64,000 bases of DNA from Bispira polyomma (lineage: Eukaryota). Where the stretch lies: contig OZ287751.1 in assembly GCA_965649765.1 (NCBI GenBank), positions 7,378,001 through 7,442,000 of the forward strand, in the 5' to 3' direction. Numbering within the stretch: position 1 is the first letter of the stretch; the number at the start of each line of letters is the position of its first letter. The notes below the pieces were generated by a model. That model was not told the origin of the DNA. It was given only the letters and a program-made list of their open reading frames with translations, and searched no databases. The translations under genes were made by a program, and so were the position numbers. Shown here piece by piece: positions 50,214-63,006 of the stretch.

Positions 50214-53200
50214 ATAACAATAGTTTACATTATGTAACTATCGGGGTAATATATCTTGCATTAAGTAGGTCAATGGGTGGTTAAATTACAATGCTTTGAT
50301 CCTTTGTGTCAAGAGATAGTTCAAATAGCCTCTCAGTAGATGGCATGAGAAGTGAAAGCAGTGAGGGATATATCATCAGTAAATGGCATATTAAGAACAC
50401 TCATGAGGGAAGTGATCACATTGATACTTGACTTTTGTTATCTAAGAATGTGTGTGATGCTCTCGCAATAAAAGAGATTGATATTCCAGATAATTGAAGC
50501 ATAAAGAAAAGAATGCAACTAAGAAGCTAAAATAAAACCCCAACATGGATGCTCAATTAAAGTGCCGTTTTACCCTAGTGTTAACTTATATATCTTCCAA
50601 ATATATTGTACTAATGTCTACTATCTGAACATTCACTTTTTAACCAGACGTTTGCAAGCGTTTGGTTTTTCCTATTGAAGTTCTGGGATCTTGGGTAGAA
50701 ACAAGTAAATCTCAGAACTGGTGGGGATCTATGGTCTGTAATTCGCGTCGTTTCCAAAGTTAGGCTTCTTGTGCTCCCGAGATTTTTTGGGGGGGTCCAT
50801 TGTAATAAAGGAAATATTTTTATTTTTATTTTTTTGAAATTGTGGCCATGTTTACCGTGAAATCAATTGAGATTAGTGCTTCGCTTTCGCCTTGAAATAT
50901 TGTAGTTCATAGCTGTACTTTATTTGCAAATTTCTGTGACACAATTTCTATTGGTCGATTTCTGTTTATAAATAGTAGTAAACAATAATCCAATATGGTG
51001 CCCGACTTAATTTTGTTGTAGGTGGGGCGGAATTGGCTGAAAGTCAGGGCATCTTCAATGCGCATGCGTAAATGCGCAAGTGTGTGCGCTGTAGGTCACC
51101 TATAAAAGCCTGGGGGGGGGATTTCCCAGCAATAACCACGACTTTACGGCGGTGATAACAAAAGAAATAAAATGTTATTTTAGGAAATTGCATCGAATTT
51201 TAAAGCCACAATATTAAATGGTTCATATAAAATGAGGTTTGCAAAGTTTTGTTTCTATTTATATAGTATTGCTAAAGCAAATTTGAGTAATGGGCGGTAA
51301 CAGAAGTTCCTACATATAAATCGTTTTCAGAATCCATTTTAACCGCCAACTAGTGACTGGGTCACTATTTTTTGGAATCGACAGGAAACATCTGGTATGC
51401 AGCCATTGGCTGTTTTTTTGTGAGAGAGCAAGCAAGGCTAGCTTTTTCTCTCATTATAGAGTCCGTAAAATTTCTTGTGGCAACAGCATTTTCGTGAAAT
51501 CGGCCCGGAAAAATTCAAATTCATGCTTACCAGGTATCCTTTTTTAATTCTGGGGATAATGCAGTCAATTTGTTTTTGTAATAAAAAACTATAATAACCC
51601 TTATAAAAATCTAGGCCTCACTGACATAACCTTTGACATAGAAAAGACTTATTACACTTTATAGCCTTGCCTTCTCTTCTTCCACACACAATTCTTTGTG
51701 TGTGGAAGAAGACGTGTTGTGTGTGTGAGGCTGGGGGGGAGGGGGGGGATTTGCTGCAGTGAATGAAAGGCAAGTGGGGAAAGGGAAGGGGTGGCCATGG
51801 TGGCTGTGCTGTGTTGAAGAGTGTTTGGGATGCCGTGGTGGCTGTATGTTGGGGTAGTGTGTTGACCAGTAATATTATCCTACTTGAGTTAATTTAATCT
51901 GAAGCATGTTAATGAAGTCTTTCAGTATTATACTATTAAATATTAAGTGTAATTTCAATATAAAAATGAGGTTGGTGTCACTCTTAAAAATATTTAGAAC
52001 CAGTGTTCACTGCTAGACATTACATCCCAAATCTGACCATCTCTGAGCAGGAGTCAGATTTCCCTTATCTCCCTCCTAAGTATTAAACCTGGCAGTTAGT
52101 GGTTTTAAAACAACATACACTCACTCTCCTGTGGTGCATCTGCTGATTAAGTCTAAACATGTGTATATTCCTTCATGTCCAGTCTTGTACAGTAATATAT
52201 ACAGTATAGTACACAAGTTTGATCAAACAAGAAATGTCTTTAAAAAAGACTGGTAAATTGCTTTACTAGAATCGAAAAAAAACACATTGTTTTCTTGTGT
52301 AAAAGGAAGTGGATGAAAATTAAATGTTAACACAGCTGTTCTTGGCCAGGTCAAGTGGGGTGGGGGGGAAGTGGGGATGCTGGTGGGGGCACGGGGAGAA
52401 GTCCTCATCATAGAATCAGAAGGGGGGAGGGGGTTAGAATGTCCATATTCATAATATTCCATTATTTCATGATGTATAGTTTTGTATATTTTACTTATAC
52501 TTGACAAAGGTCATAGGTCATAGACCAGACTTTAATACCATTAGTTTAAAGTACATGCCAACTAAGACAATTGGAACAGAGCTCGGCTGGTGGTAAGCAT
52601 AAACCCTGATCAGCCCATTGGGGGTTTGTTCTGTATAACTGACAATGATTTGTGTTTAAGCACTTTGCCTGCAGCAATTAGTTTGTATTACACCCCTTTT
52701 ACACTGGTGGGTTTAATTGCAAACAAATTGATCAATATCCGTTTCTGGGTTATTCACCATTTTATGAAAACCATGACAATTCGGCCACCAATCTTTTGAA
52801 AATTTAAATTTTCAGTATTGACATGTACTATATATATACCTTTTACAATATAGTGGGTCGACATCTTCGGCAGTTTACAAAAATACCATAGGTCCTGGGT
52901 TCTAGCCTTAGCCATTCTGTTTCAATCATTTGGGAAGCTTTCAAAACATGGCATCAACAGCAGTATCTTAATTTTTGTATTAAATGCCGCCATGAAAAGC
53001 ATAAGGCTTCAAAATTATTTTATGTTCATAAAAAGAGAGTCAGAGAGTGGTGTCAAGATTATGATAGCCCTGGACATTTAAAAATCGATTTTGACATTGA
53101 AGTGCTGTTAATTATTGTTAAGAGTAGTTAAGAATAATGTTTATAAGCATGAACATTGTCTTCTATCTACACATGAAGCATTCAGACATTTTAGGAACAC

Positions 53201-53814
53201 TTTAATTGTTTTATTGATATTGACTTGATTTTTTGACATTTGTTATGTTACCTCGAAATAAAATTCTAGTTCAAGTAAAAAATTTTATTCTCAGTATTTT
53301 TCCAACAGCCAACAGGTAAAGACCAGTGTAAATTAAATATGGCAGCTTCCACAGTAAGGTGGGATATTGGTAAATATGTTAAATACTTCGTTTTTAGCAG
53401 AAAACTTGGAATATTTATACATTCAACAAAGGTTATATACCGAGCTGCCCCTGATATTTCTCTAATAATTGCCCCGGGGGGGGGGCGTTAAATGCTAGTC
53501 ATCATTGCTTGTTCCATCTTGGAATTAGGGTGTTTAAGAAAATCCTATGCTATTTGGACATTTGGAGTCGCAGATGCATTATTGAGGATATAGCTGCGTC
53601 AACTTGACGCTAGCTCCAGTTTTTATATTACATTGAACATTTCAGATATTCAATGCTTTTGTAAGAACAAATATTTCATTTCTATGTGTAATAAATCTAT
53701 CATGACATATAGTTGTTATTGTATAAATTGAAAACAGGTAATAAAGTTATTTCAGAGTAAGTCTTCAGAAATTTCATAAAAATATTTTTTTAAATCATTG
53801 TTTTGTATCAAATA

Positions 53815-54154
53815 GTACACCTTTTGCAAATATGTGCAGTTTATAAACCCTCAACATATAGCTGTACACCCTTTGCAAATATGTGCAGTTTATAAACCCT
53901 CAACATATAGCTGTACACCCTTTGCAAATATGTGCAGTTTATATACCCTCAACATATAGCTGTACACCCTTTGCAAATATGTGCAGTTTATAAACCCTCA
54001 ACATATAGCTGTACACCCTTTGCAAATATGTGCAGTTTATAAACCCTCAACATATAGCTGTACACCCTTTGCAAATATGTGCAGTTTATAAACCCTCAAC
54101 ATATAGCTGTACACCCTTTGCAAATATGTGCAGTTTATATACCCTCAACATATA
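53815..54154. repeat. 49-bp minisatellite, 7 copies, near-identical
   Basis: Repeated gtacaccctttgcaaatatgtgcagtttataaaccctcaacatatagct. Confidence 0.97.
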
Positions 54155-56545
54155 CCACAAGCAAACCAAGGATGTTTAAGATAAACACACCTAGAGAATA
54201 TTATCTGTAGGTAGTGGTGGATCATGTGTCACGCTTAGCAGGAGTTTAATTCCACTGAGATAAGGCCAGAGTTGAGGATTCCTTTAACTGAGCATTAAAG
54301 TGTAGCAGTGTGTTTAAAGTTAATTTACAGTGAAACTTTCAGGAATAAAATGGTATTTCAGCTCTACTGCATTTCTGTAAAAAGATTTTGTATCCTGTTT
54401 TTATTTATAGGGATTTTTCTTGTTATCACAATATGTGTACACACGTTATTTCTATATTGTCCTTCATTTTTAATAATATTTTCAAAAACATATTTTTTCC
54501 TATAAAATTTGACTTTTTTTTTTGTTTTTAAAAAATCCATACTTGAAGCAGTATGTTTTTTCCATGCAATAGTTTATTTATATTTTTAGAGGGATATGTA
54601 AGTGGAGTTATAAAGAACAGATTGAGTGAAAGATGTGTACTAAAATAAAAGGGATAAATTTCTATATTTATTTCCAATAACATATTTGGTTATTTTTCTC
54701 AGTAATACAACTAATAAAAATTCTTAATTATAACTATATCCTTTTTGAATTCTAGGGATAATGCAGTCGATTCGTTTTCTTAATTAAAAAACCATAATAA
54801 CGGTTTTAAAAATCTAGGTCACACTGACATAAATTTGACCTATATAGTTGTATATTTTATTTCTAGCATTGCTGACATGCAAAAATGGCCCTTATTTATA
54901 AAAACGCTGTATATACGCGAAAAGTCAATTAAAAGTTATAGGTAGACGGGTCGACAGATAGAAATTAATTTTTTTGTAATTTAAAGATTGACAGGTCGAC
55001 AGAAAATATTTTGTTTATTTTACTTTTAAGTGAACAGGTGAGTAGATCGATAAATAATTTTTTTTGTAGCCTTTAGGTTTATTTGGTTGACAGGTTGACA
55101 GATAATATATTTTTATTTTACTTTTAGATAGACAGGTTGACAGGAATAAGTCTGTGACTACTTTAGCTGACGTGATTACTGTTAGCGAATGAATACGTGA
55201 CCGATTCATTGGTCACTGATTGCTTGTTCTTGTATGAACTTATCTTTACTCTCCCAAATTTGCTATTGTTTTGTTCTATAATGCATCTTCTATTTCATCA
55301 ACCTTCTATTGTCTTAACAAAATCTTGTTCTCCCGACATATCAGTATAATAGAGGCTCTATTCTATTTTATACAAGTGAGAATTTTTACTTAGGATTAAT
55401 TTTAACTATTTTAACTAATGACATTGTTTTTTTAAATTAAAAATTGACAATAGTGAGAATTAATTCCAGTGGATTTCTTAAAACATTGTAAAATAATGAA
55501 AATGACTTCAAGCTAAAATTTCCTCTGATGCAGAACAACCATAATACAATGTATAATATAATGAGCACAATTAATACAAGTCGTATTAGAAGATGCCTAG
55601 CATCAATAAAGCGCGTTAAAAATGCATAATAATAATAATAAATAATAAGTATTAGGTTAATTGCTTTTTTATTAGGGTAATTGCTTTTATAGGCCTTCTG
55701 TTGATGGCAGTATTCTTTTTGATAAGCCATCTAAAAATTCATTTCTATCAAAATTTATTCCATTTATTGAACTCAAAGCATTAAATGAAACTTTTATTTC
55801 TGCACAAGTATATCTAATCGGTATATTAAGTAACTTACTACCTTATACTGAACACATTTGTCAATGTTCCCAAGCTTCTTGGCTTGCTGTTGTGGGTAGG
55901 GCCCAATAACGGGGGATTGCTATTTAAATTAGTCATCCTTACCGCTGCATTGTGTCTTCCAGTTCCAGGGCCTTTGTCTAATCCAGTGTATTACCACGCG
56001 GGCTATAATATTGTAGAGTTTTTATAGTACAGAATATGGAGAAATAAATACACATGATAAATAACCCAATAATATCACTCCTGAAAACAAGAAGTTTGTG
56101 CTCCCAATTTGAATATTTTAGTGTCATTTTAGTTGTACAATAGAACCTCTATCATCCGAACATGTTGGGAGAGCAAGAGTTAGTTCTGATAATGGAAGGA
56201 TCATCAAAGAATTGAATATTCAAATAATATAGGGTTCTATTATACATAAGTGCTAACGCACTCACCTCCAACCTCTAAAGTCCCAGTTTAAATATTGGCT
56301 AGGGCTCTAAGTGGGAAAGTTGACAGTTACTTGTCGATAATTGCTGGTTTCTGATGTAGAACCTTGATCACCTACTATACACTGGTTTCCTCCAGCACTG
56401 AAACTGCCTGTCGTGATATGACCTATACAATGTGTTATAAGCGCCATTAAACCTAAATCAAATAAATCTATTATACATATGTTATTTTAATTTTATGCAC
56501 AATACACAGAAATTTGCATGCTCATACTAATTCTTTCTGTTATGG

Positions 56546-57081
56546 TTAACATTTTGTGTTGTGCTTTTAGCCTGGCTTATATGAGAACATTGTGAGTGAC
56601 ACTTGTAGATAACATTTTGTGTTGTTGTTGTGCTTTTAGCCTGCCTTATATGAGAACATTGTGAGTGACACTTGTAGGTAACATTTTGTGTTGTTGTTGT
56701 GCTTTCAGCCTGCCTTTCATGAGAACATTGTGAGTGACACTTGTAGGTAACATTTTGTGTTGTTGTTGTGCTTTTAGCCTGCCTTATATGAGAACATTGT
56801 GAGTGACACTTGTAGGTAACATTTTGTGTTGTTGTGCTTTCAGCCTGCCTTTCATGAGAACATTGTGAGTGACACTTGTAGGTAACATTTTGTGTTGTTG
56901 TTGTGCTTTTAGCCTGCCTTATATGAGAACATTGTGAGTGACACTTGTAGGTAACATTTTGTGTTGTTGTGCTTTCAGCCTGCCTTTCATGAGAACATTG
57001 TGAGTGACACTTGTAGGTAACATTTTGTGTTGTTGTTGTGCTTTTAGCCTGCCTTATATGAGAACATTGTGAGTGATACTT
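56546..57081 (+). repeat. Eight tandem copies of the EXOC2 3' splice site plus the first ~33 nt of the exon (66/69-bp units)
   Basis: AGs end at 56570, 56639, 56708, 56777, 56843, 56912, 56978 and 57047; only the last continues into the full exon. Confidence 0.95.
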
Positions 57082-57128
57082 TACAACAGCTACAAGAAGT
57101 GGTCCATGCCAAACCTGGGGAAATGCAG
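57048..57128 (+). CDS. EXOC2: EXOC2 exon (PALYENIVSDTLQQLQEVVHAKPGEMQ)
   Basis: cttttag|CCT ... CAG|gtatgt; 81 nt, phase 0 to 0. Resembles [27 protein letters not shown]. Confidence 0.92.
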
Positions 57129-58369
57129 GTATGTTCTCACATTACTAAAGCTAGAGTAGCAAATCTTATGTTGGCCACTGTATCTGAAATTGGCCACCCT
57201 AACATTTAAGCCAAATCAATAAAAACTTCTGAAAAATAACTGGAATTTAGGTCAGTAAGGCAAAATAGTCACACAAATCTGAATTTAAGCAAATATTACC
57301 TACAACATTTTCTAGGTGGCGAATTTCAGATATAGTAGCGAATTTTATATTCTTTACACTACATACAAAAGGATTTATTGCTTTAATGTAGATAAAATAA
57401 GCAGATAACTGATTTAGGGCTACATTTTGTCGTTGATTGAATTTTGTAAGTCCTCCAGTATATATAAATAAGGGGCCGTATTTTGCTCTTTGATTTAGAC
57501 TCAAAAGGTTAAGATTTGGTGTTAGACCCAGTGATAGTAAGACAAGCTCTTTACTTATTGTTAACTTTGATCCTAACACTAAGACTAACTGTAGGAAGTC
57601 TTAAATATTTTAGATATAAATGTTAAGCTTATGACTAAAATAAGACTAAAACCTTTTGTGAATAAGGCCCAAGGTCCTCAGACAAATGTTCTGTATTTAA
57701 AATACTCGACATAGGCAAGGCCCCATGTTCTAGTATATAGCCCTTCATCCGGATTCCTGGGTTGATGTTTATTGACTGTTAAAAACTGACCTAATTCTTT
57801 TACCAGGGTGTACCATGATTTTAAACAAGGGTCTGTGTTTCCCCCAACTACTCCAAATTTCAGATCAGAGAGAAAACTCAGTTTGGCCTTCCCCTTCATG
57901 CCCAAGTGATCACTGGATACCGACCAGACAATGTTATGGGACTATTCGTCTTGAATATGGGCCAGCATGTGTTTATCGGAGACTCAGAATGTGTGACTCG
58001 GAGTATTGAGTATATAATCTACCTTATTGATGGCAGGCATCTTCTAGAGCGCAACATCCGAATCAATAAACCATTAAGAAGGATCCTTATACATAGTCAA
58101 GTGGTCTTCATCAGTATGCAATGCAATGGCATATTCACATCCAAGGGTGTGATCCCCAAAGACTGTTATGTTGAGATGGGAATCTTCTGATCACCAAACC
58201 AACTCCTTTACCAGTAGATGAACTGGGGACCATGTAATCACCAGACCAACTGCCTCACCAGTAGATGTACTGGGGACCTTCTAATCACCAGACCAACTGT
58301 CTAACCACTAGGCCAATGGAAATTACAAAGTATGGTAACTAATACATTACATTACAATGACCTCTTCAG

Positions 58370-58500
58370 CTTTTTGGCGAGTCTGAGACAGTGATAAAGC
58401 AAGAGACAGCAGACCTGTGTATAAAAGTGCTGCAGTCCTTTAATTCTACCCTAGAACAGCTGGCTATCACTGGGAATGTGGAGAGGGACAGTGTCAAAGG
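58370..58500 (+). CDS. EXOC2: EXOC2 exon (LFGESETVIKQETADLCIKVLQSFNSTLEQLAITGNVERDSVK-G)
   Basis: ctcttcag|CTT ... GG|gtaggt; 131 nt, phase 0 to 2. Resembles [30 protein letters not shown]. Confidence 0.9.
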
Positions 58501-58786
58501 GTAGGTACTGTCTTATACAGGGAATGTAGAGAGGGACAGTGTCAAGGGGTAGGTACTGTCTTATATACTGGGAATGTAGAGAGGGACAGTGTCAAGGGGT
58601 GGGTACTGTCTTATAGACTGGGAATGTAGAGAGGGACAGTGTCAAAGGGTAGGTACTGTCTTATACAGGGAATGTAGAGAGGGACAGTGTCAAGGGGTGG
58701 GTACTGTCTTATACTAGGATTATAGAGAGGGACAGTGTCAAGGGGTAGGTACTGTCTTATATACAGGGAATGTAGAGAGGGACACT
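58470..58786 (+). repeat. Tandem copies of the EXOC2 exon end plus 5' splice site (48/50-bp units, 6 donors)
   Basis: gggaatgtrgagagggacagtgtcaargg|gtrggtactgtctt, with GTs at 58501, 58549, 58599, 58649, 58697 and 58745. Confidence 0.95.
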
Positions 58787-59159
58787 GAGAAAAGAACAAA
58801 AATGCTAAAACATTAGATACATATTGACTATTATGTAGAAGTCTTGTTTTAATTTTACAAATAAATTATAATTCTATTTCACTTAATAGGGTAGATTTTC
58901 AAAGAAATGAAATGCTTTTGTGGTAGTGTCCACATAAACGAATTCTTACTTCTTGCAAGAAAGAGGGAAAATGATTAAATATTATTAAAATATTATTAAA
59001 AAAAATATATATTTATATTGTGTTACAATTATAGTAGCTGTTGTTATATGTACAATATTTATCACTGTGCTAACAATTGTATTTTTGTTCTATATATATA
59101 CTGTTTATAATGTAGACTGTCAATCTGTAATCACTTACTAGTGTGTGTTCTCTAAACAG

Positions 59160-59220
59160 GAGGAGGTCTGCCGTGGTGTCGGATGTGTTCACAAGTCCAG
59201 CAGAAAACATGCCGTCTTTG
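59160..59220 (+). CDS. EXOC2: EXOC2 exon (RRSAVVSDVFTSPAENMPSL)
   Basis: ctctaaacag|G ... TTG|gtaagg; 61 nt, phase 2 to 0, exactly bridging the neighbouring exons. Weakly resembles SVDVSSPDLFGSIHEDFSL. Confidence 0.85.
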
Positions 59221-59274
59221 GTAAGGAAGTCCTACATTCTCCTACAACTTGACTCGTACAATGTACTCACAACG

Positions 59275-59556
59275 GACCTCCTACCTTGCTTCTCGTCATT
59301 CCTTTAGTAACCTTAAGAGGGGAAAGAGACTCTGTTACCTCTAGTAAAGTCACCAAGAGGGCTGGATCTAGAGCTTTCTCAATTGCTGGCCCTATGTTAT
59401 GGAACAGTCTTACTGTTGAGCTTAGAGCACTAGAAACACTTTCTGGGTTCAGGAAAAAACTGGGTTTTTTTTACTTCTCTATTGGCTAATTGATTCTGTT
59501 GTTGCACTTAAGAAGATACCTTGCATCAATAAAGGCGGGTTAAAAATGCAAATTAC
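59275..59556 (+). mobile_element. L2/CR1-type LINE 3' fragment
   Basis: GSRAFSIAGPMLWNSL...FRKKL is the typical C-terminal ORF2 motif. The 3' tail catcaataaa.gcg.gttaaaaatgca recurs at ~55590-55645 with (taa)n. Confidence 0.75.
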
Positions 59557-62454
59557 ATAAAATTGTTGCCTGGCATGGGTAAAAAGTTATTGGAAGCTTT
59601 TTCTGGCTGTAAAATAAGGGTGTAGGTGTTGTGAAGATTACTTTCGCTCTTTGTCCGATGTTCGGTTAGTAACCAGTTCCGACCTACACCAAATAGCTTG
59701 AACCGTTGATGTATGGTGAATAGGATTTTTCAAACGACTGAAAAATTCAACTTGTGGTTTTAAATCAGAAATATTTCTAAAGCATTTATTAAAGGCATGA
59801 GAGACAAACCCAATATATTCCTAGATGTAACATATATTATATGAAGATTGTACCACTTTCAAAGTTTCCAGTATATTAGAGATCATTTAGAAAAACATTG
59901 ACATTCAACAAAAAACGTAGTTATCTGTTTCAAGGATACAGCGTTTCTACTGGTATTTAATGTAGAAAACATCTTAAAGTAAGATGTTGAAAATGTTTAT
60001 ACTGGCGATTGGAATAGACTGCATTCATTGAATATACATGTATATACAGTCACATTTTTGCCTACTTTATATACATAGTAAACTGTGGGGAAATGTTACC
60101 ACCACCAACAAATTGTAGTCATTTCATCTAGTCATGGGACATACTGCATGAGTACATTATGAACATATACCAAATAATGGTTATTGCAGAAATCCACAGT
60201 CAAACTATATATGCTGCAACATTTTATTACAAGAACTTGAAGAAAGGCTAATCACACATACAGTTGTGCTCATTTTGAGCATAGTTGCTAAAAGTAAACA
60301 AGAACATTTTGGTCAGCATATACATGTTCTGAATATAAACGTAATTGTTACATTCTTGGCCTAATAGGTTAAGCATGGTATAACAGGCTTTTATAGTTTC
60401 TTTAAATAGAGTTTTATATTATGCCCCATCCCCCCTCCCCCACCCCTACAATGATTTTGGTCAAATTTAATATTTATACAGTGTGCCAAATTTAAGATGC
60501 ACATCTTTCAGTTCATGATTGATGTGGATTGTTACAAAAAGGAAAATGTTTGGCTAATATAAACTAACATTTTTGCAGATCCAGAAGGTAGGTAATTGAT
60601 TATACCATAGAGGGGTACTCACTTTGTAGTTGAGCCACTAATTGTAGCTGGCAAGTTGGTTTTGCTCCCAACCTGAGTGGAAGTTTTACAAGAACCATCT
60701 TTTTTTTTAAAATTCCAGCCTTTGATTTTTTACACCTGTGTTATGTTTGCTCCTCCCCTCTCTCCAGGATATGTATATGTGACTCTCTATTTTACACCTT
60801 GAGCACATTTCCAGTCCTATGGCTATAATCTGTACTCTCCTAAAATCTCACCTCAAGCTGAACTGTTATAGACATCTCTGATGAGAGTGAAGTTAAGGAA
60901 AATGTCTCATTGCATATTTATATTCAGTGTGGGAAACTCTATTATAATAACTTGGTCACAAGTATTGATTAGGTCCATATTAAAGGGGCTTTTACATACC
61001 AATCGCTTGTGTTGATTGAATCTAAGTTTGAGCCATATTAAAGGTCTTCTACAAAGCCATCACTTAAGTTGAATTTCAGTCTGAGCTTGAATTGTTTTTT
61101 TTATGGTTTTTGGTGGACAAAAGCCTTTGATCTGCCTAGTTTTACACTTCCCCAGTAATTGACCTTGATTTGGGTTCTAGTGAGCTACTTCTTCACAAGT
61201 TTCAGTGTACATAGCTCTGGTGGGTTTTGAATTGATCTATTGCTATGTCTGGCTTTTGTTGGCTCTTTGTAATTTTATTTCCTCAGCACTAGAGATTAAG
61301 TAAACATTTTCTGACTTGTTTATTTTACACCTCCAGGGACAAGTGGGAACTTGCTATCAAAATATCACAGACTTTTGAATCTACTTTTTGTCAGAAGCTT
61401 CCATAATTGCTATCTTACAGATAAACACGAAAGGCTGGTTTGGGTTTTAAAATGGCAAACCTAGAATCATCTGAAGGAATCGCTTGGACCCCTTTCGTAG
61501 ATAGAACTGTGTTCAGTTTCTTTTTGATATTGGGAGTTGCATTGGTGTAAACCTAATATATGGCCAAAATAAGTTATTTAATAGGCTATGAATGTACTCT
61601 TGCAGGCATCACTGAAATTGTGGAATATTGGCGTATAAATACATGATAAAGATCATATTCCTAACCCTTAGATATTAAGAATTATACTATAAACCCTAAA
61701 TGCTGTAATATACTAGACCCTGTTATGGAATATAGTCTCCCTGTTAAGCTGAGATCACTTAAAACACTTTCGGAGTTTTGGAAAAAACTTAAAACCTATT
61801 TCTTGTTTGAGAACTACTTTTAAGTATAGTAGCTCACTGGCCAGTGATTTCCAGAATTTGGGCCCAAATTTGATTAAAAACCACAAAGAGAGTATTACAA
61901 TATAGTATTCTCTAAGATGGTCCAAGCTTACCACCTCTCCCATCATGGGTTTGATCTTTATACTTCTTGAGTCTAAATTGCTAAAATTGATCCTTCTTGT
62001 GTTACTAATGACCATTCTATATCTACTCAATTGATTTTGACAGTATATTGTAGAAATGTATGGCTTCTGAAGTCATTTATAAAGTGATATACAAAATGTA
62101 TATGAATATACCAGGCAGTAGTTTATCTAAGTTAGCTTTACTGTGCAAGTTTCTATATGTCTAAGTCAGATTTGTACACTTGGCTGATTTATTTTGATCA
62201 CAAGCCACTGTTGATGCAATAAATCTCTCTTTATTTTGTTAATGTAAAGGCATTTCATGTCAGAACTTAAAATGGCACTAAGTAGAGCGCATACCTCTGC
62301 TTAGGTACCACAGTCCATCAAAAATGTGTTGTGTCCCAGTCTTCCTCCAAGTTTCATGGAAATCAGTTATTTTTGTGTGTTCCTGGTGACAGAAATAAAC
62401 ACACACAAAAAAAACTAGTACTAGTAGACACATGCCTGACTACATAACCCCCTA

Positions 62455-62690
62455 GGGAGCTCGGTGGGGTACAGGTTAACACACTCGCCTCCCACCTCTG
62501 AGGTCATGAGTTTGAATCTTGGCCACAACTTTATGTGGGAAAGTTGGCAGTAACTTGCCGATGCCTGGTGGCTTACAGTGCAAAATCTTGACCAACTAGT
62601 ATGCACTGGTTTCCCCTCCTAGTAAAACTGCCCGTCGTGATATAACCTATACAATGTGTTGAAAGTGATGGTAAACCCTAATCATAAACA
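62455..62690 (+). mobile_element. tRNA-derived SINE
   Basis: gggagctcggtgg... head, family body, and 3' gatataacctatacaatgtgttgaaagtg. Confidence 0.75.
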
Positions 62691-62889
62691 AGATTTTTAG
62701 GTTGTAACTCCAAAGTTAAATTTGAGATCAGACGTTGCACCACTGTATCCCCAATAAATGTTTGTATGAAATATATGAACTTGCTCTGCTGAGTAGTTCC
62801 TTGTTACTTGGGGTCCAACTGCATAACTGTGGAATTCCTTTTGTCAAAACCCATTTTATTGCAAGGACAGTTGTGTTTTGTGTGTACAG

Positions 62890-63006
62890 GACAAGCGACT
62901 GATTGTGATGATGAGTAATTGTAACCACACGCGTGAACAGATCATCCCACGGCTGGTAGAAAGTCTGGAGAAACACGGCTACCCAGAGACTGCTAAGATA
63001 CACTCA
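62890..63006 (+). CDS. EXOC2: EXOC2 exon (DKRLIVMMSNCNHTREQIIPRLVESLEKHGYPETAKIHS)
   Basis: tgtacag|GAC ... TCA|gtaatg; 117 nt, phase 0 to 0. Resembles [39 protein letters not shown]. Confidence 0.92.

Noticed and set aside
50555-51660. Possible Kolobok-like DNA transposon (segment 51540-51640 recurs at 54740-54840)
   Set aside because: Clearly repeat-like, but I could not define matching TIRs or a TSD, so the family and boundaries are unsupported.
55943-56003. Candidate - strand exon with donor GCG|gtaagg
   Set aside because: Weak acceptor, with no linkage or protein similarity to support it.
45333-57081. Regular arrays resembling CRISPR
   Set aside because: Head-to-tail repeats without unique spacers, no cas genes, and a eukaryotic intron context.
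57806-58190. Possible EXOC2 exon after ttttaccag
   Set aside because: No similarity to EXOC2; exons 57128 and 58370 already join in frame; the distal part is SINE-derived.
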